Assembly: GCA_963775735.1 (NCBI GenBank)
Contig: CAVZKD010000007.1
Location: 1,174,675 to 1,238,674, forward strand
Length of the DNA: 64,000 bases
Source of the DNA: an uncultured Actinomycetes bacterium
GTDB lineage: Bacteria; Actinomycetota; UBA4738; HRBIN12
Direction of reading: 5' to 3'
Shown: piece after piece, positions 37,399-48,242 of the stretch
Position numbering within the stretch: position 1 is the stretch's first letter
Layout: each line of letters starts with the position of its first letter
The notes under the pieces: generated by a model
What the model was told of the DNA's origin: nothing
The model's input: only the letters and a program-made list of their open reading frames with translations
Databases searched by the model: none
Position numbers and translations under genes: made by a program

Positions 37399-39845
37399 TC
37401 AGCGCGTGACGACGTTGACGAGACGAGGCGCCCGCACGATCACACGGGCGATCTCGCGCCCGTCGATGGCCCGCGCCGCCTTCGGCGAGGCGAGCGCCAG
37501 CTCCCGGGCGGCGTCGTCCCCGAGGTCGGGCTCGACGTCGATCCGGTCGCGGACCTTCCCATCCACCTGCACCACCAGGGTCACGTGGTCCAGACGGGCG
37601 AGCTCCGGGTCGAAGCGTCGGCCAGGACGCCACGTGAACGCTGTCGTCGTTGCCGAGCACCTCACGCCAGAGCTCCTCCGCGATGAACGGGGCCATCGGC
37701 GCGAGCATGAGCGCAAGCGACGTCGCCGCCTCGCGTCCCCCGCCACCGGCGTCCAACGTCGAGCGCAGCTCGTTGGTCAGCACCTGCAGCTTCGAGATCG
37801 CGACGTTGAAGCGGAACCGCTCCAGATCATCGGTCACACCCTCGATCGTTCGATGCGTGAGGCGACGCAGCGCCTCCGGGTCCGCGGCCTCGCGCTCGGC
37901 GGCTTCGGAGACCGCCGTGAACACGCGGCCGAGCCACGTGTTCACGCCGGGGCGACGATCGTCCTTCGGCTCGATCAGCTTCCAATCGATGTCGTCCTCG
38001 AACGGCCCCGCGAACAGCATCATCAGCCGCACCGTGTCGGCCCCCCAGCGTTCGACGAGCGGCATCGGCTCGACGATGTTCCCCTTCGACTTGCTCATCG
38101 AAGCGCCGCCGTAGATCACCTGCCCCTGGTTCATCAGTCGCGGGAACGGCTCGATGAACGAGACGAGCCCGAGATCGAACAGCACCTTCGTGAAGAACCG
38201 GCAATACAGCAGGTGCAAGATCGCGTGCTCGACGCCTCCCGTGTACTGGTTGGCCGGCATCCAACGTTCGACCTCTTCGGGCTCGAACGGGCGCGGCTCG
38301 TCGCGGGGCGAGCAGTAGCGGAAGAAGTACCACGACGAGTCGACGAACGTGTCCATCGTGTCCGTGTCGCGCCGGGCCGCCTCCCCGCAGATCGGGCAGG
38401 TGGTGTCGACGAACGCGTCGTGCCGGGCGAGCGGCGACTCCCCGCCGGGCCGGAAGTCGACGTCGTCGGGCAGCAGCACGGGCAGTTGGTCCTCGGGGAC
38501 GGCGACCTCACCGTGCTCGGGGCAATGGACGATCGGGATCGGAGCGCCCCAGTACCGCTGCCGGCTGATCAGCCAGTCGCGAAGCCGGTACGAGACCGCG
38601 CGCTTGCCCTTGCCCTCCTGCTCGAGCCACCCGATGACCCGGTCGATCGACTCCGGCGACCGAACGCCGTCGAACGGCCCGGAGTTGACCATGACGCCCT
38701 CGTGGTCGTAGGCCTGGGTCATCGATCCCGGCGTCCCGAGACTCGCCCTCGGCCTGCACGACGACCCGGACGGGCAGCCCGTGATGGCGGGCGAACTCGA
38801 AGTCGCGCTGGTCGTGCGCCGGGACGCCCATCACCGCGCCGGTCCCGTATTCCATCAGCACGTAGGGCGCGACGAAGACCGGGACCTTCTCCCCGTTCAC
38901 CGGGTTGACCGCGTGGACGCCGAGGGGCACGCCCTCACGGCTCTCGGCCTGCTCCCGGTTCGTCAGCGGCGTCGCCTGCAGGCGGTCGAGCAATGCACGG
39001 ACCTCGGGCACGGTCCCGCCCGCTTCCGCGAGTGACAGGACGAGCGGATGCTCGAGCGCGAACACGAAGAACGTCACGCCCCACAACGTGTCGGGACGGG
39101 TGGTGAACACCTCGACCGGGTCCCCGGTCTCGGCGATCTCGAACGCGACCTCGGCGCCCTCGGAGCGTCCGATCCAGTTGCGCTGCATCGTGATGACGCG
39201 CTCCGGCCAGTCCACGAGCGTCTCCACGTCATCGAGCAGGCGTTGCGCGTAGTCGGTGATCTTGAAGAACCACTGGGTCAGGTCCTTGCGCACCACCGGC
39301 GTCCCACAGCGTTCGCAGGCGCCGTTGATGACCTGCTCGTTCGCGAGCACGGTCGCGTCCTTCGGACACCAGTTCGCCGGTGCCGTCTTCCGGTACGCGA
39401 GACCACGCTCGAACAACGCGAGGAACAGCCACTGCGTCCATCGGTAGTACTCGGGGTCGCAGGTGTGCAGGCGCCGCGTCCAGTCGAAGGACATCCCCAG
39501 CCGGCGGAACGAGCGTGCCTGCTGCTCGATGTTCGCGTATGTCCACTCCTTCGGGTGGATCCCCCGCTTGATCGCCGCGTTCTCCGCCGGCAGCCCGAAC
39601 GCGTCCCAACCGATCGGGTGCAGCACGTTGTTCCCTCGCATCGCGGCGAACCGTGCCACCGTGTCACCGCCACTGAACGCCTCGGCGTGGCCGGTATGCA
39701 GGTCGCCCGATGGATACGGGAACATGTCGAGGGCGTAGAAGCGCGGCCGCGGGTCGTCGGGTTCGTCCGATGCCCGATACAGACCCTCGGCCTCCCACCG
39801 CTCGACCCACTTGGGCTCGGTCGTCGTCGGGTCGTATCGAGGCAT
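37399..39845 (-). CDS. leuS: Leucine--tRNA ligase (two frame breaks as assembled)
   Basis: The N-terminal part is ORF 38508..39845 ('[13 protein letters not shown]', CP1 region). The middle part is ORF 37385..38722 ('SMSKSKGN' KMSKS loop). The C-terminal '[23 protein letters not shown]...RLVNVVTR' is in the ORF 37399..37746 frame. The switches are at ~38725 and ~37615. Confidence 0.95.
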
Positions 39846-39868
39846 GGCCCGGAGATGGTAAGCGAAGG

Positions 39869-40636
39869 TCAGCGGAGCTTCGCGAGGCGGGCGGTGATGC
39901 GTTTGGTCTCCAACGCGGCCCCCCGGAGCTCCGCCTCGGCGGCGCGCAGCCGTTCCTTGCCCTCCGTCCTTCGGCGTTCGAGATCCTCGAGGCGTGCCGT
40001 CTCGCGCGCCACCGCCTCGGTCGCGCGACGCTCGCGGGCATCCGCGCCTCGGAGCTCGCGCTCGAGCGCCGCCATCTCGCGGGGACGATCGCGATCCGAC
40101 GCGGCCTTCGGTGCCTGGCGGCCACCCTCGACGACACGCAGCCCGGCGTCGGGCAACTCGGCCGGGGGTCGGAGCGGCTTCGTGAGCCGGCCCGAACGGA
40201 GGAGCTGGCCGGCGTCCGGGTCCACCGACGCGGCCTCCAGCGTCGAGGAGACGGCGTCCTCGACGGCGGATGAGGGGCCGCCTCCGGGCTCCACGATCTC
40301 CAGTGCCTTGCCCGTGAGCTCAGCGACGATCCGACGGCGCTCGTCCGTCGCCTCTCGAAGCCCCTCCACGTCCCCGCCCGAGATCGCGCGCCGATGCGCT
40401 TCGCGGAGGCGCTGGCCGATCTCGATGAGCTCGCCGACCCCGGCCTCGTCCTGCCGCGCCAGCTGGTTCAGGGCCCAGGCCGAGACGACCGGCTTGCGGA
40501 GCGCCTTCACCGTCGCGGCGTCCGGTGCCTGCCCCGCCGCGCGGAGCTCCTTGACGAGCGCGTCACGTTCGGTGGTGAACCGGTCGAGCGGGAGCCCGTA
40601 CAGCTCGTCGATCCGGTCTTCGAGCTCGGTGGTCAT
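39869..40636 (-). CDS. Hypothetical helical / coiled-coil protein
   Basis: 255 codons from ATG 40636 ('[32 protein letters not shown]...') inside track ORF 39869..40738. The C-terminus is a Glu/Arg/Ala-rich coiled coil. No family recognised. Confidence 0.5.
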   Translation of the reverse strand: MTTELEDRIDELYGLPLDRFTTERDALVKELRAAGQAPDAATVKALRKPVVSAWALNQLARQDEAGVGELIEIGQRLREAHRRAISGGDVEGLREATDERRRIVAELTGKALEIVEPGGGPSSAVEDAVSSTLEAASVDPDAGQLLRSGRLTKPLRPPAELPDAGLRVVEGGRQAPKAASDRDRPREMAALERELRGADARERRATEAVARETARLEDLERRRTEGKERLRAAEAELRGAALETKRITARLAKLR

Positions 40637-40814
40637 CGCACGACCGACGATAGAACCGATCCCGATCTCCTGCTCGTGGGATCCGCTCCGCCGATCCGGC
40701 GTGGGATCGGTCCTCGCAACGCTCCCCATCCCTTCCACCCCTGTTCACGAGCCGTTCCGGGCGACGTCCTCGACGACTGGCAGCCTCAGGGCATCGGGCG
40801 CAAAGGGACGGGTC

Positions 40815-41577
40815 ATGGGGACGGTCCGCACCGGAACGAAGCCCACCTTCCTGATCGTCGGGGCGATGCGATCGGGAACCACGTCGCTCGCGCGAGCGCT
40901 CGGTTCACATCCCAAGGTCTACATGGCGCCCGAGAAGGAGGTGCACTTCTTCGACCTGCACCACCACGAAGGGGTCGAGTGGTATGCGGAACGGTTCGCG
41001 GCGGCGACACGTGAGCGGCAGATCGGAGAGGCCACCCGTACATGCACGACGAGCGCCCTCGCCGGCGGATGGCGGCGGCGCTCCCCGAGGCCCGGCTCAT
41101 CGTCATCCTGCGGGACCCGCTCTCACGCGCCTACTCGCACTACTGGCTGAACCGCGCCAAGGGCATCGAGCGTCTCGGGTTCGCAGAAGCGATCGCCGCC
41201 GAGCCCGAGCGCCTCGCCTCGACACGGACGAGCTCGAGGGATGACGGTATGCGTATGCGCGCGCTGGACGGTACCTCGAACAGCTCGTCACGCTGGACGC
41301 ACGTACGCGGCATGAGGCCATGCTCGCCTCCCGCTGCGACGAATCATCGAAGGACGCTCCCCGGCCGCATGTATCGGAGCGCGATGGGACCGACTTGACC
41401 GTCGCATGCGATTCGGCTGCTCCCGCGGTCGGGCGCACGCTATACTCCGAACGGACGCTCGCGACGCGCTTCGAACAGGACAACGCGGCGTTGGCCCGTT
41501 GGCTCGGGCGAGACCTCTCCGAGTGGGGAGCCCAGGTCTCCCACCGGCAGCGGAAGCAGGGCGCCCTCTCTGCGTGA
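40815..41577 (+). pseudogene. Sulfotransferase family protein, at least three frame breaks
   Basis: The 5'-PSB loop 'PTFLIVGAMRSGTTSL' is in the track ORF 39048..41150 frame. 'YMHDE...ARLIVILRDPLSRAYSHYW' is in ORF 41042..41398. 'YAYARAGRYLEQLV...FEQDNAALARWLGRDLSEW' is in ORF 41320..41577. The breaks are at ~41035 (acc[c]cg), ~41225 and ~41245. The region 41330..41400 also looks scrambled. Confidence 0.7.
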
Positions 41578-41658
41578 AGCCTCATGCGCGAAGGGGCCGG
41601 TCTCCACCGGCCCCTTCGCCATCCATCTCCCACTGACGTACGCCGTGGGAGTCTTCGT

Positions 41659-43519
41659 TCACCGATCCTTGATCGACGCGGTATAGATGTCCGCCCCGAA
41701 CCCGGCGAACACCGGCACGCGCGGATCGGCGGCCGATGGGTCGTACGCGAACATCGGGTTGCGCGAGTCCGTCCACACGGGATGTGCGATCCCGTCGCTG
41801 CCGATCGCCAGGCCCATGTAGTCCCCGAAGAACGTGGAGAAGCCGTTCGGGGCAGGGAAGTCGTTCGGAGGCGGCATGCTGCCGCTCGTCACGCGGACGA
41901 ACGATCCGTTCGAACGACGCAGTGTGATGTCCATGCACCCGGATGCCTGGCAGTCGCCGTACTGCCGGTCGTAGAACGCGACGACCACCTGGCCGGTCTT
42001 CGGGCTCTCCGCCGACCACTGCCACCACTGGTCGGTGGGAACGCTCCCGTCCTTGCTGACGGCGGGCAGCTCGGCCGGCGGCGTCGTCGTGCCGGTGAAG
42101 GTCAGCCCTCCGTCGGTGGAGACGCTGCGCAGGATGTCGTTGTTGCACCCGCCCGTCTCGCCGACGCCGTGAACAGGTTGAGCCCGGTGTCCGCGGAGAA
42201 CCCGTCGGAGTGCAGTTGCCGAGCGTCGGGTTCGAGTGCGGGTTGATGTAGCTCCCGAAGTCGATCACGACGGTCTCGTCGTCGGTCGCCGCTCCCGATG
42301 GATAGTTCGTCGCCCGGAAGATGCTGGTCCCGGACAGCGGGGCGGTGGGGACACAGGCGCGGAACGCATCCTGCCCCGTGTACGTGAAGCAGTCGGGCAG
42401 GTCGTAGAAGTCTGCGACCTTGACCGGGCTGCTCCACGTCTCGCCGCCGTCGGTCGACTTCACGATCAGCACCTGGTTGTGGTTGTCCACGTCGTCCGCG
42501 AGACCGTTGTTGAAGTTCTGGAACGCGACGTACACGTCCCCATTGGGTGCGGTGAACACGTTCGAGAACTGGTTCGCGTCACACGTGCCCGCCGGTGCGC
42601 CGCTGAAGTTGACCGGGCAAAGATCGGCGTCGAGCCCACTGATCACCTGCGGCTCCGACCACGTGACGCCATGGTCAGAGCTGTGCGACTCGGTGATCGG
42701 TGACGCGCTGAAGTCGGCGCTGAACCGGGACCACGTCACGTAGATCCGGTCCTGGAACGGGCTCGACGAACTCGTGTCGACGATCATCCATTCCTTGTCG
42801 TTCAGGCCGACGTCGCCGAGACCGTCGTCCATCACGACCGGATCGCCCGGGAACGTCCAGCTCGCGCCGCCGTTGGCCGAGCGGTAGACGAAGATCCCGC
42901 TGTGGTCGCCGCCGAGGTCGCTCGTCACCCCCCGGTTGAACTGCAGGCACGCGTAGTACGCGAACCCGGACGAGTCGAAGGCCACGACCGGATCGCCGGA
43001 CGCGTCCCAGTAGTGCCGGGCCGCGAGGAACCCCGGGGCCGTGAAGCTATCGGGCAGGAGCCCGTCCCCGAGCTCCTTGCCACCGTCGAAGCTGTAGTCG
43101 AAGCCACAGGAGCCGTCGCCGTTCCGGTAGTCGTTCTGCCCGAAGAGCACGTTGTTCGGATCGGTCGGGTTCACCGCCGCGACGGTTTCGTTCTGCGACT
43201 GCCCTCGCCCGAGGAGGTCGACCCGTGAGGTGTTCGTGCACTCCTGGTTGGCGCGCACGTTCGATCCGGATCGGTCGGAACATCCGACGGTATCGGTCTT
43301 CGGCTCGAGCGGTTCGGCCGCAGTGGCCACCTCGCCGGCCCGCGCCGCTGCCGCGGCCGCGTTGTGGGTCGCGAGCTGTTCCAAGAAGTGAACGCTGGAT
43401 GGTGCGAACCGGTTGATCATCGGGTCCTGCGCCGACTGGACCGGTACGAGACTGCCTCCACCTGCGAACGGCAGGAGAAGCACAACAGCGGTGAAAGCAA
43501 GCAAGAGTCGTCGCATCAC
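41659..43519 (-). pseudogene. Secreted BNR/Asp-box repeat (sialidase-fold-like) protein, two frame breaks
   Basis: The signal peptide is 'MMRRLLLAFTAVVLLLPFAGG'. Asp-box-like motifs are 'SANGGASW', 'SSDHGVTW', 'STDGGETW' and, after frame correction, 'STDGGLTF'. The frames run ORF 41582..43519, then ORF 42102..42437 (at ~42202), then ORF 41659..41988 (at ~42167, acg[g]gc). The C-terminal part reads 'FFGDYMGLAIGSDGIAHPVWTDSRN'. Confidence 0.72.
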
Positions 43520-43715
43520 GCCTCCCGGAGGTTCGAAGGATTCGGGCCGTGACCGCTCGTGTCAGGTCATGGGCACCACCCCCTCTCTCCGCGACCCACG
43601 CAGGCACGAGGTGGCAGGCCTGCTGGGCGCACCGCGCGGATACCCAGCGATCAGCGCTGCGAAACGTCTGTCGCGGCTGACGAGCCAGGCGCCCCGCGGG
43701 GCGATGCCATCGCGC

Positions 43716-44198
43716 TCAGGAGCCCTCGTCCTCCAAGAAGTACCTCGTCACGAGCGCCTGGTCGTGCTCGAACCCCATCGAGATCCAGAAGGACAGCTCC
43801 TCCTCGGTCCAAGGCGAGCTCAGACCAACCGTCGTTTGGATCGGGCTGGCGTCTCGGACACGAGCCCACGCGATGCCGGCCTCGACCAGCGCTCGCTTCA
43901 GCCGGTCGCCCTCGGGCCCGGGGCGGACGTGGAGCTCTTCGAGCGTCCCGAGCACGCCCGGCATCGCCGGGTGTCGAGCGACGGACGCGATGAGGAGGCC
44001 TGCGATCGCGTCGTCTTCATCATCCGGGACGAGACAGACCGCCTCGTCAGACTCGGTGGTGCGAAGGATCCAGCGATCGATCGGGGCCCGGTCGGGGACC
44101 CCCCAGTCGGCGTCGCGCTCCGATAGGAGCCTGCAGGCTTCGAGGTACAGATCGGTGGCGTGAGCGACGTCGTCTCGACGGATCTCGCGGATCTCCAT
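43716..44198 (-). CDS. GNAT-family N-acetyltransferase (putative)
   Basis: 160 aa with GAAGGAGG RBS. It begins 'MEIREIRRDDVAHATDLY' and has 'LEELHVRPGPEGDRLKRALVEAGIAWAR', which resembles GNAT motif A. Confidence 0.6.
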   Translation of the reverse strand: MEIREIRRDDVAHATDLYLEACRLLSERDADWGVPDRAPIDRWILRTTESDEAVCLVPDDEDDAIAGLLIASVARHPAMPGVLGTLEELHVRPGPEGDRLKRALVEAGIAWARVRDASPIQTTVGLSSPWTEEELSFWISMGFEHDQALVTRYFLEDEGS

Positions 44199-44381
44199 CG
44201 GTGGTGAACCTCCTTCATCGGCACGGGCAACTGGACGACCGATGGGGCCCCGGAGGGGCCCGAGGCCAGGGAGGACCGCGAGCGCTGGTCCGTCAACGTC
44301 AGGTGAAGCGATTCATCGAGTGCGAGTCTCCATCCCACGCCCGCGGAGCGCAAGGGGCCGGCGCCGCATAGGCTGACGTGC

Positions 44382-44774
44382 ATGGGTCACGGCGTGATCG
44401 TCGCACTCGCCGTCGCCGCGACGATGTGGCTGGTCGCGATCCTCGTCCTGATGGCCACCGGCCGCCGGTCGGCCGCCCGGGAGCTGGCGACACTCATCCC
44501 GAACCTGCTGGTGTTGTTCCGCGGGCTGCTCCGCGACCGGAGGGTCCCGAGAGGCTCGAAGCTCTTGCTCGGGTTCGCGGTCATATGGCTCATCTCCCCG
44601 ATCGACCTGATCCCCGAGTTCATCCCGGTCGTGGGGCCCCTCGACGACGCGATCGTTGCTGCGCTGGTGCTCCGCCACGTCGTGAAGCACACAGGTCGAG
44701 ACGTGCTCTCGGAGCACTGGCGAGGGGATCCGGCGATGCTCGGATCCGTCGTTCGGGGACGCGCCGCTGTCTAG
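44382..44774 (+). CDS. DUF1232 (YkvA-like) membrane protein
   Basis: 130 aa. 'KLLLGFAVIWLISPIDLIPEFIPVVGPLDDAIVAALVL' is the characteristic DUF1232 core. Confidence 0.75.
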   Translation: MGHGVIVALAVAATMWLVAILVLMATGRRSAARELATLIPNLLVLFRGLLRDRRVPRGSKLLLGFAVIWLISPIDLIPEFIPVVGPLDDAIVAALVLRHVVKHTGRDVLSEHWRGDPAMLGSVVRGRAAV

Positions 44775-44778
44775 GTGA

Positions 44779-45219
44779 TCATCGCTGGTCGGGCTCCGTC
44801 GCTCCACCCCGGTGAGCCTCTACCTGTCGGATGACTCCAGCCGTGTCGAACCACGCCTGTTCGCGGCTGATCAGACCATCGCGGATGTCGAACACGTGCA
44901 GCATCCGGAATCGGACCGGCGCTCCGCCCCCCTCGATCCCGATGAACGAGCCGCGGATGTGACCCGTGACGATCGATTCGTCGACGACGTGGTCACCGCA
45001 CGCGAAGCGACCCACGGATTCCAGATGGAGATCGGGGATCGCGTCGATGATCCCCTCGTAGATCTCGGCCGCCGCGCCCTTCCCGTAGACCGGGCAGATG
45101 GGATTGGCGACGTCGTCCCAGACGAGATCGTCGGTGTAGGTCGCGAGGGTGGCCGGAACGTCGCGCGCGTTCTCGGCGGCGAAGTGTCGCTCGATGATGT
45201 CTATGATGCCTCCCTCCAT
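44779..45219 (-). CDS. SnoaL-like / NTF2-fold protein
   Basis: 146 aa. It begins 'IIERHFAAENARDVPATLATYTDDLVWDDV' and has 'MLHVFDIRDGLISREQAWFD', typical of SnoaL-like cyclase/NTF2 proteins. Confidence 0.7.
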   Translation of the reverse strand: MEGGIIDIIERHFAAENARDVPATLATYTDDLVWDDVANPICPVYGKGAAAEIYEGIIDAIPDLHLESVGRFACGDHVVDESIVTGHIRGSFIGIEGGGAPVRFRMLHVFDIRDGLISREQAWFDTAGVIRQVEAHRGGATEPDQR

Positions 45220-45392
45220 GGCTCGGCAGCGCGCAGCTTAGTCGCCGATCGAGCAGCGACGCCTCGGCCTTGTGCAGGATGGCTCGATGCCGGAGTATCG
45301 GTCCGCATGACTGACGTGAAGGGAACGGAGGAACGCCCTCAGGCCGCCGCTTCGATCCCGCTCTCCCCGGTCGCACCGGCCCCGCGACGCTG

Positions 45393-46085
45393 ATGCCCGA
45401 GGAGATGAACATCGAGGCCGCCTACGCCTTGAGCGAGCGTGAGCGTGGCGAACACGCGCCCCAGGGGGAGCGCCGCCGGAGAGAGGTCGGCGAGATCTTC
45501 GAGGTCGTGATCCTGGCGACCGTGGCGGTCGCGACGGCCTGGAGCGGATACCAGGCGGCACGGTGGGATGGTCGCCAGGCGTTCCTGTACGGGGAGTCCA
45601 CCCGGGTGCGCATCGAGGCCGACGAGGCCGCGACGCTCGGAGGGCAGCAGCGGCTGCTCGACGTCTCAACGTTCAACACATGGATCGAGGCCCGCGCGCA
45701 GGGCCAGGACCGCATCGCCGATCTCTACGTCGAGCGATTCTCTCCCGATTTCCGGGTCGCCTTCGATGCGTGGCTGTTGACCAGGCCGTTCTCCAACCCG
45801 GATGCCCCGCCCGGTCCGAGCTTCATGCCCGAGTACCACAACGGGCAGATCGAACATGCCGCCGAACTCAGCGAGCAAGCGAGCGCCATGTTCGAGACGG
45901 GCACCGAGGCGCGCGAGACCGCAGAACGGTACGTTCGGCTCACGGTCCTGTTGGCGACCGTGCTGTTCCTGGTCGCCATATCGCAGCGCTTCACCTTCCG
46001 GGCCGTGAGGCTCACGGCGACCTCGCTCGCCTTCGGGCTGATGGTCCTCGCCCTCATCGGAGTGATCACGCTCCCACGACTCTGA
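45393..46085 (+). CDS. Membrane protein, helical domain between N- and C-terminal TM segments (hypothetical)
   Basis: 230 aa with TM 'IFEVVILATVAVATAWSGY' and C-terminal TMs 'LTVLLATVLFLVAI' and 'LAFGLMVLALIGVITL'. It is possibly DUF4337-like, but this is not verified. Confidence 0.55.
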   Translation: MPEEMNIEAAYALSERERGEHAPQGERRRREVGEIFEVVILATVAVATAWSGYQAARWDGRQAFLYGESTRVRIEADEAATLGGQQRLLDVSTFNTWIEARAQGQDRIADLYVERFSPDFRVAFDAWLLTRPFSNPDAPPGPSFMPEYHNGQIEHAAELSEQASAMFETGTEARETAERYVRLTVLLATVLFLVAISQRFTFRAVRLTATSLAFGLMVLALIGVITLPRL

Positions 46086-46152
46086 CGCCCTCCAGGGCGG
46101 TCTGCGCTGGGTCGACCGTAGGTATGGGCAGCGTCCGGGCGAGCTTGGCGGA

Positions 46153-46479
46153 CTAGACCTGAGGCGGCGGGGGTGCGCTACCCGTGTCCCTTCCCATGCC
46201 CGCCTCGATCGTGCCCCGCTGCGAGTAGGTGCTGCCGTAGTGGCTGAGATCGAGGAAAACCGCGAGCACGATCCAGAACCAGTCGAACCCCTGGATCTCC
46301 TCCGGCGGCGCACCGAGGAACAACCACATCAGGGTCGCGAACGGCAGGAAGATCAAGCCGAGCAGCGGGAAGATCCACGTGTCGAACACGGCGTCGAAGT
46401 AGGCGGGCCGCGCGATCCAGGCGAACACCACGATCAGGCGCGGCGCGAACGCAGCCAGCAGCACCAACAGACAGCCCAT
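46153..46479 (-). CDS. Small polytopic membrane protein (hypothetical)
   Basis: 108 aa with three hydrophobic segments ('CLLVLLAAFAPRLIVVFAWI', 'WIFPLLGLIFLPFATLMWLFL', 'FWIVLAVFLDL'). Confidence 0.5.
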   Translation of the reverse strand: MGCLLVLLAAFAPRLIVVFAWIARPAYFDAVFDTWIFPLLGLIFLPFATLMWLFLGAPPEEIQGFDWFWIVLAVFLDLSHYGSTYSQRGTIEAGMGRDTGSAPPPPQV

Positions 46480-46651
46480 GCCTCCCCCTCGGACCTCGAT
46501 CGGTCAGGCGAATCACCATCCTAGTCCCAAGCGAAGCCCGAACGCGAACGTTCGTGGAACCAGATCCCGTGCTCCGGGCGTGCTCAGGGCATCGACGCTC
46601 GATCGCGCGCTGGATCGTCAGCCCAAGTTGTGCGCGCCGGGCTCCCGATGC

Positions 46652-47038
46652 TCAGGCGTCCTTCGCAGCGTCGGCGGCCTTCGTGGTGGCGTCCTTCGCA
46701 GCGTCGGCGGCCTTCGTGGTGGCGTCCTTCGCAGCGTCGGCGGCCTTCGTGGTGGCGTCCTTCGCAGCGTCGGCCGCCTTCGTGGTGGCGTCCTTCGCAG
46801 CGTCGGCCCCCTTCTCGGCCTCCGTGGCGGCGCTCTTCGCAGCGTCGGTGGCACTCGATACGGCGTCCTTCGCGGCATCGGTGGCCTTCGTGGCGGCCTT
46901 CGACACCTGCGTGTACAAGTCATCGCCGGAGAACGAGCCCCATTCGTCGACGCTCGAGCCCGAGCGCCGCCTCGCAACAACGGCGATGGCGGCGATCACA
47001 CCACCGAGGATCAGCAGCCCAAACAAGAGCTTCTTCAT
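46652..47038 (-). CDS. Membrane-anchored protein with tandem 11-residue amphipathic repeats (LEA group-3-like)
   Basis: ATG 47038 has AGGGGG upstream. The anchor is 'MKKLLFGLLILGGVIAAIAVVARRR'. The tail is Ala/Lys/Asp/Thr-rich and ends in 'AAKDATTKAAD' repeated 4-5 times. The upstream part of track ORF 46652..47095 was discarded. Confidence 0.6.
   Translation of the reverse strand: MKKLLFGLLILGGVIAAIAVVARRRSGSSVDEWGSFSGDDLYTQVSKAATKATDAAKDAVSSATDAAKSAATEAEKGADAAKDATTKAADAAKDATTKAADAAKDATTKAADAAKDATTKAADAAKDA
46655..46812. repeat. 33-bp tandem repeat, ~4.8 copies (coding)
   Basis: The unit is 'ggcgtccttcgcagcgtcggcggccttcgtggt'. It is identical at 46655, 46688 and 46721, has one substitution at 46754, and the fifth copy diverges after ~20 nt. 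Confidence 0.9.
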
Positions 47039-47311
47039 CGTCGCCCCCTGCCTGCGGCGTCCTGAGCCTAACGTCATCCGTGGTCCAATAGCCACTCGGC
47101 TCCGGCCGCGCCGAGCTGCTCCACGTCCTCATGGCGCCCGACTTCGAGCGAGCGGGGTCTCCACCGCTGGGATCCCTACCGGGGCGACCCGTGGGGGCAC
47201 ACCGATCCGCTCGGCACGGTGGAAACCTGGCCCAGGCACGTGAGGGACGTTCCGGGCGAGGAGCAACGAAACATGCGACTAGGCCCGCGGCATCGACCGC
47301 CGGGACGCGCG

Positions 47312-48242
47312 TTAGAGCTCCACGTAGCGGATGGGAGGTCCGACGCCCTCACTGATCGAGTACAGCGCCCCGCCGTCGCGCGTCTGCGCGATGGCCTCGC
47401 TCGATCCGAGCGACACGGGGCACGACATCCCTTCCAGCGTGGAGACGACGGTCCGGTCGTCCGACCAGGGGAACACCAGCGTGCGTCAGGTAGTTGCGGA
47501 CCGCGATCCCGGCGGGCCCGAGGTCGGCCGCGGTGACGATCGAGAGCGGGACGCGCGCGACCAGGCGGAGCACGCCGACCTCGCCCGGACGCACCTCGCG
47601 GAGCGGGACGGCGTACACCGCGCTCTCGGGCTCGGTGAGCTGCTTCACGATGAGGTACAGATGCTCGTCGCGGGGATCGACGAACATCGCCTCGGCATCG
47701 TGCGGCCCGTCCTCGTACCGCAGCCGCAGGATCGTCGCGTCGACGCTCGTCACGCCGCGATCCCCGGTTCGCGGAACGAGTACACCTGGACCTCCGAACG
47801 CTCCCGATCGTTGTCGCCGATGTCGCCGACCCACAGGCGTCCCTTCGCCCACGCGAGGTCCTCCCAGTCCTCGTTCGTCGCACCATCCACCGCGACCTCC
47901 GCCACGACCTCGCCGGTTGGCTGCGAGCGCGTACACCGCGGCTTCGTTGCCCGAGTCCTCTTCGACCCACAAGACGCCGTCCATCCGGTGGCCCACGACC
48001 ATGCCGGAGATCTCGTCGAGCCCTGGATCGGCGACCGTCCCTGTCACGGTGCTCTCGATGACCGGCGGACAGGACGACTCGGCGGCCGGAGACGATGTCG
48101 ATGCTTCTGGCGCCGGAGTCGTCGTGGGGCGAGGCTGTCCTTCGATGCCCCCGTCCGTACACACGACGAGCGAGCTCGCCGAGAGGACAAGCAGCATCGC
48201 GACGACCGGCCTCGACGATCGGCGCGCGGAACGAGTGGTCAT
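47312..48242 (-). pseudogene. Secreted (lipo)protein, beta-propeller-like, three frame breaks
   Basis: ATG 48242 gives 'MTTRSARRSSRPVVAMLLVLSASSLVVCTDGG', followed by 'ISGMVVGHRMDGVLWVEEDSGNEAAVYAL'. 'EVVAEVAVDGATNEDWEDLAWAKGRLWVGDIGDNDRERSEVQVYSF' is only readable in another frame. 'VTSVDATILRLRYEDGPHDAEAMFVDP...' returns to ORF 47349..48326. The tail 'LVFPWSDDRTVVSTLEGMSCPV...GPPIRYVEL' with TAA 47312 is in a third frame. The breaks are at ~47915, ~47756 and ~47480. Confidence 0.6.

Noticed and set aside
46478-47243. Plus-strand ORFs with striking repeats ('GVLRSVGGLRG' x4, 'ASFAASAAFVV' x4, 'RRPSQRRRPSWW' x4)
   Set aside because: They are the other frames or strand of the 33-bp tandem repeat. 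Only the minus-strand frame has a start with an RBS, a TM anchor and a biologically sensible amphipathic 11-mer.
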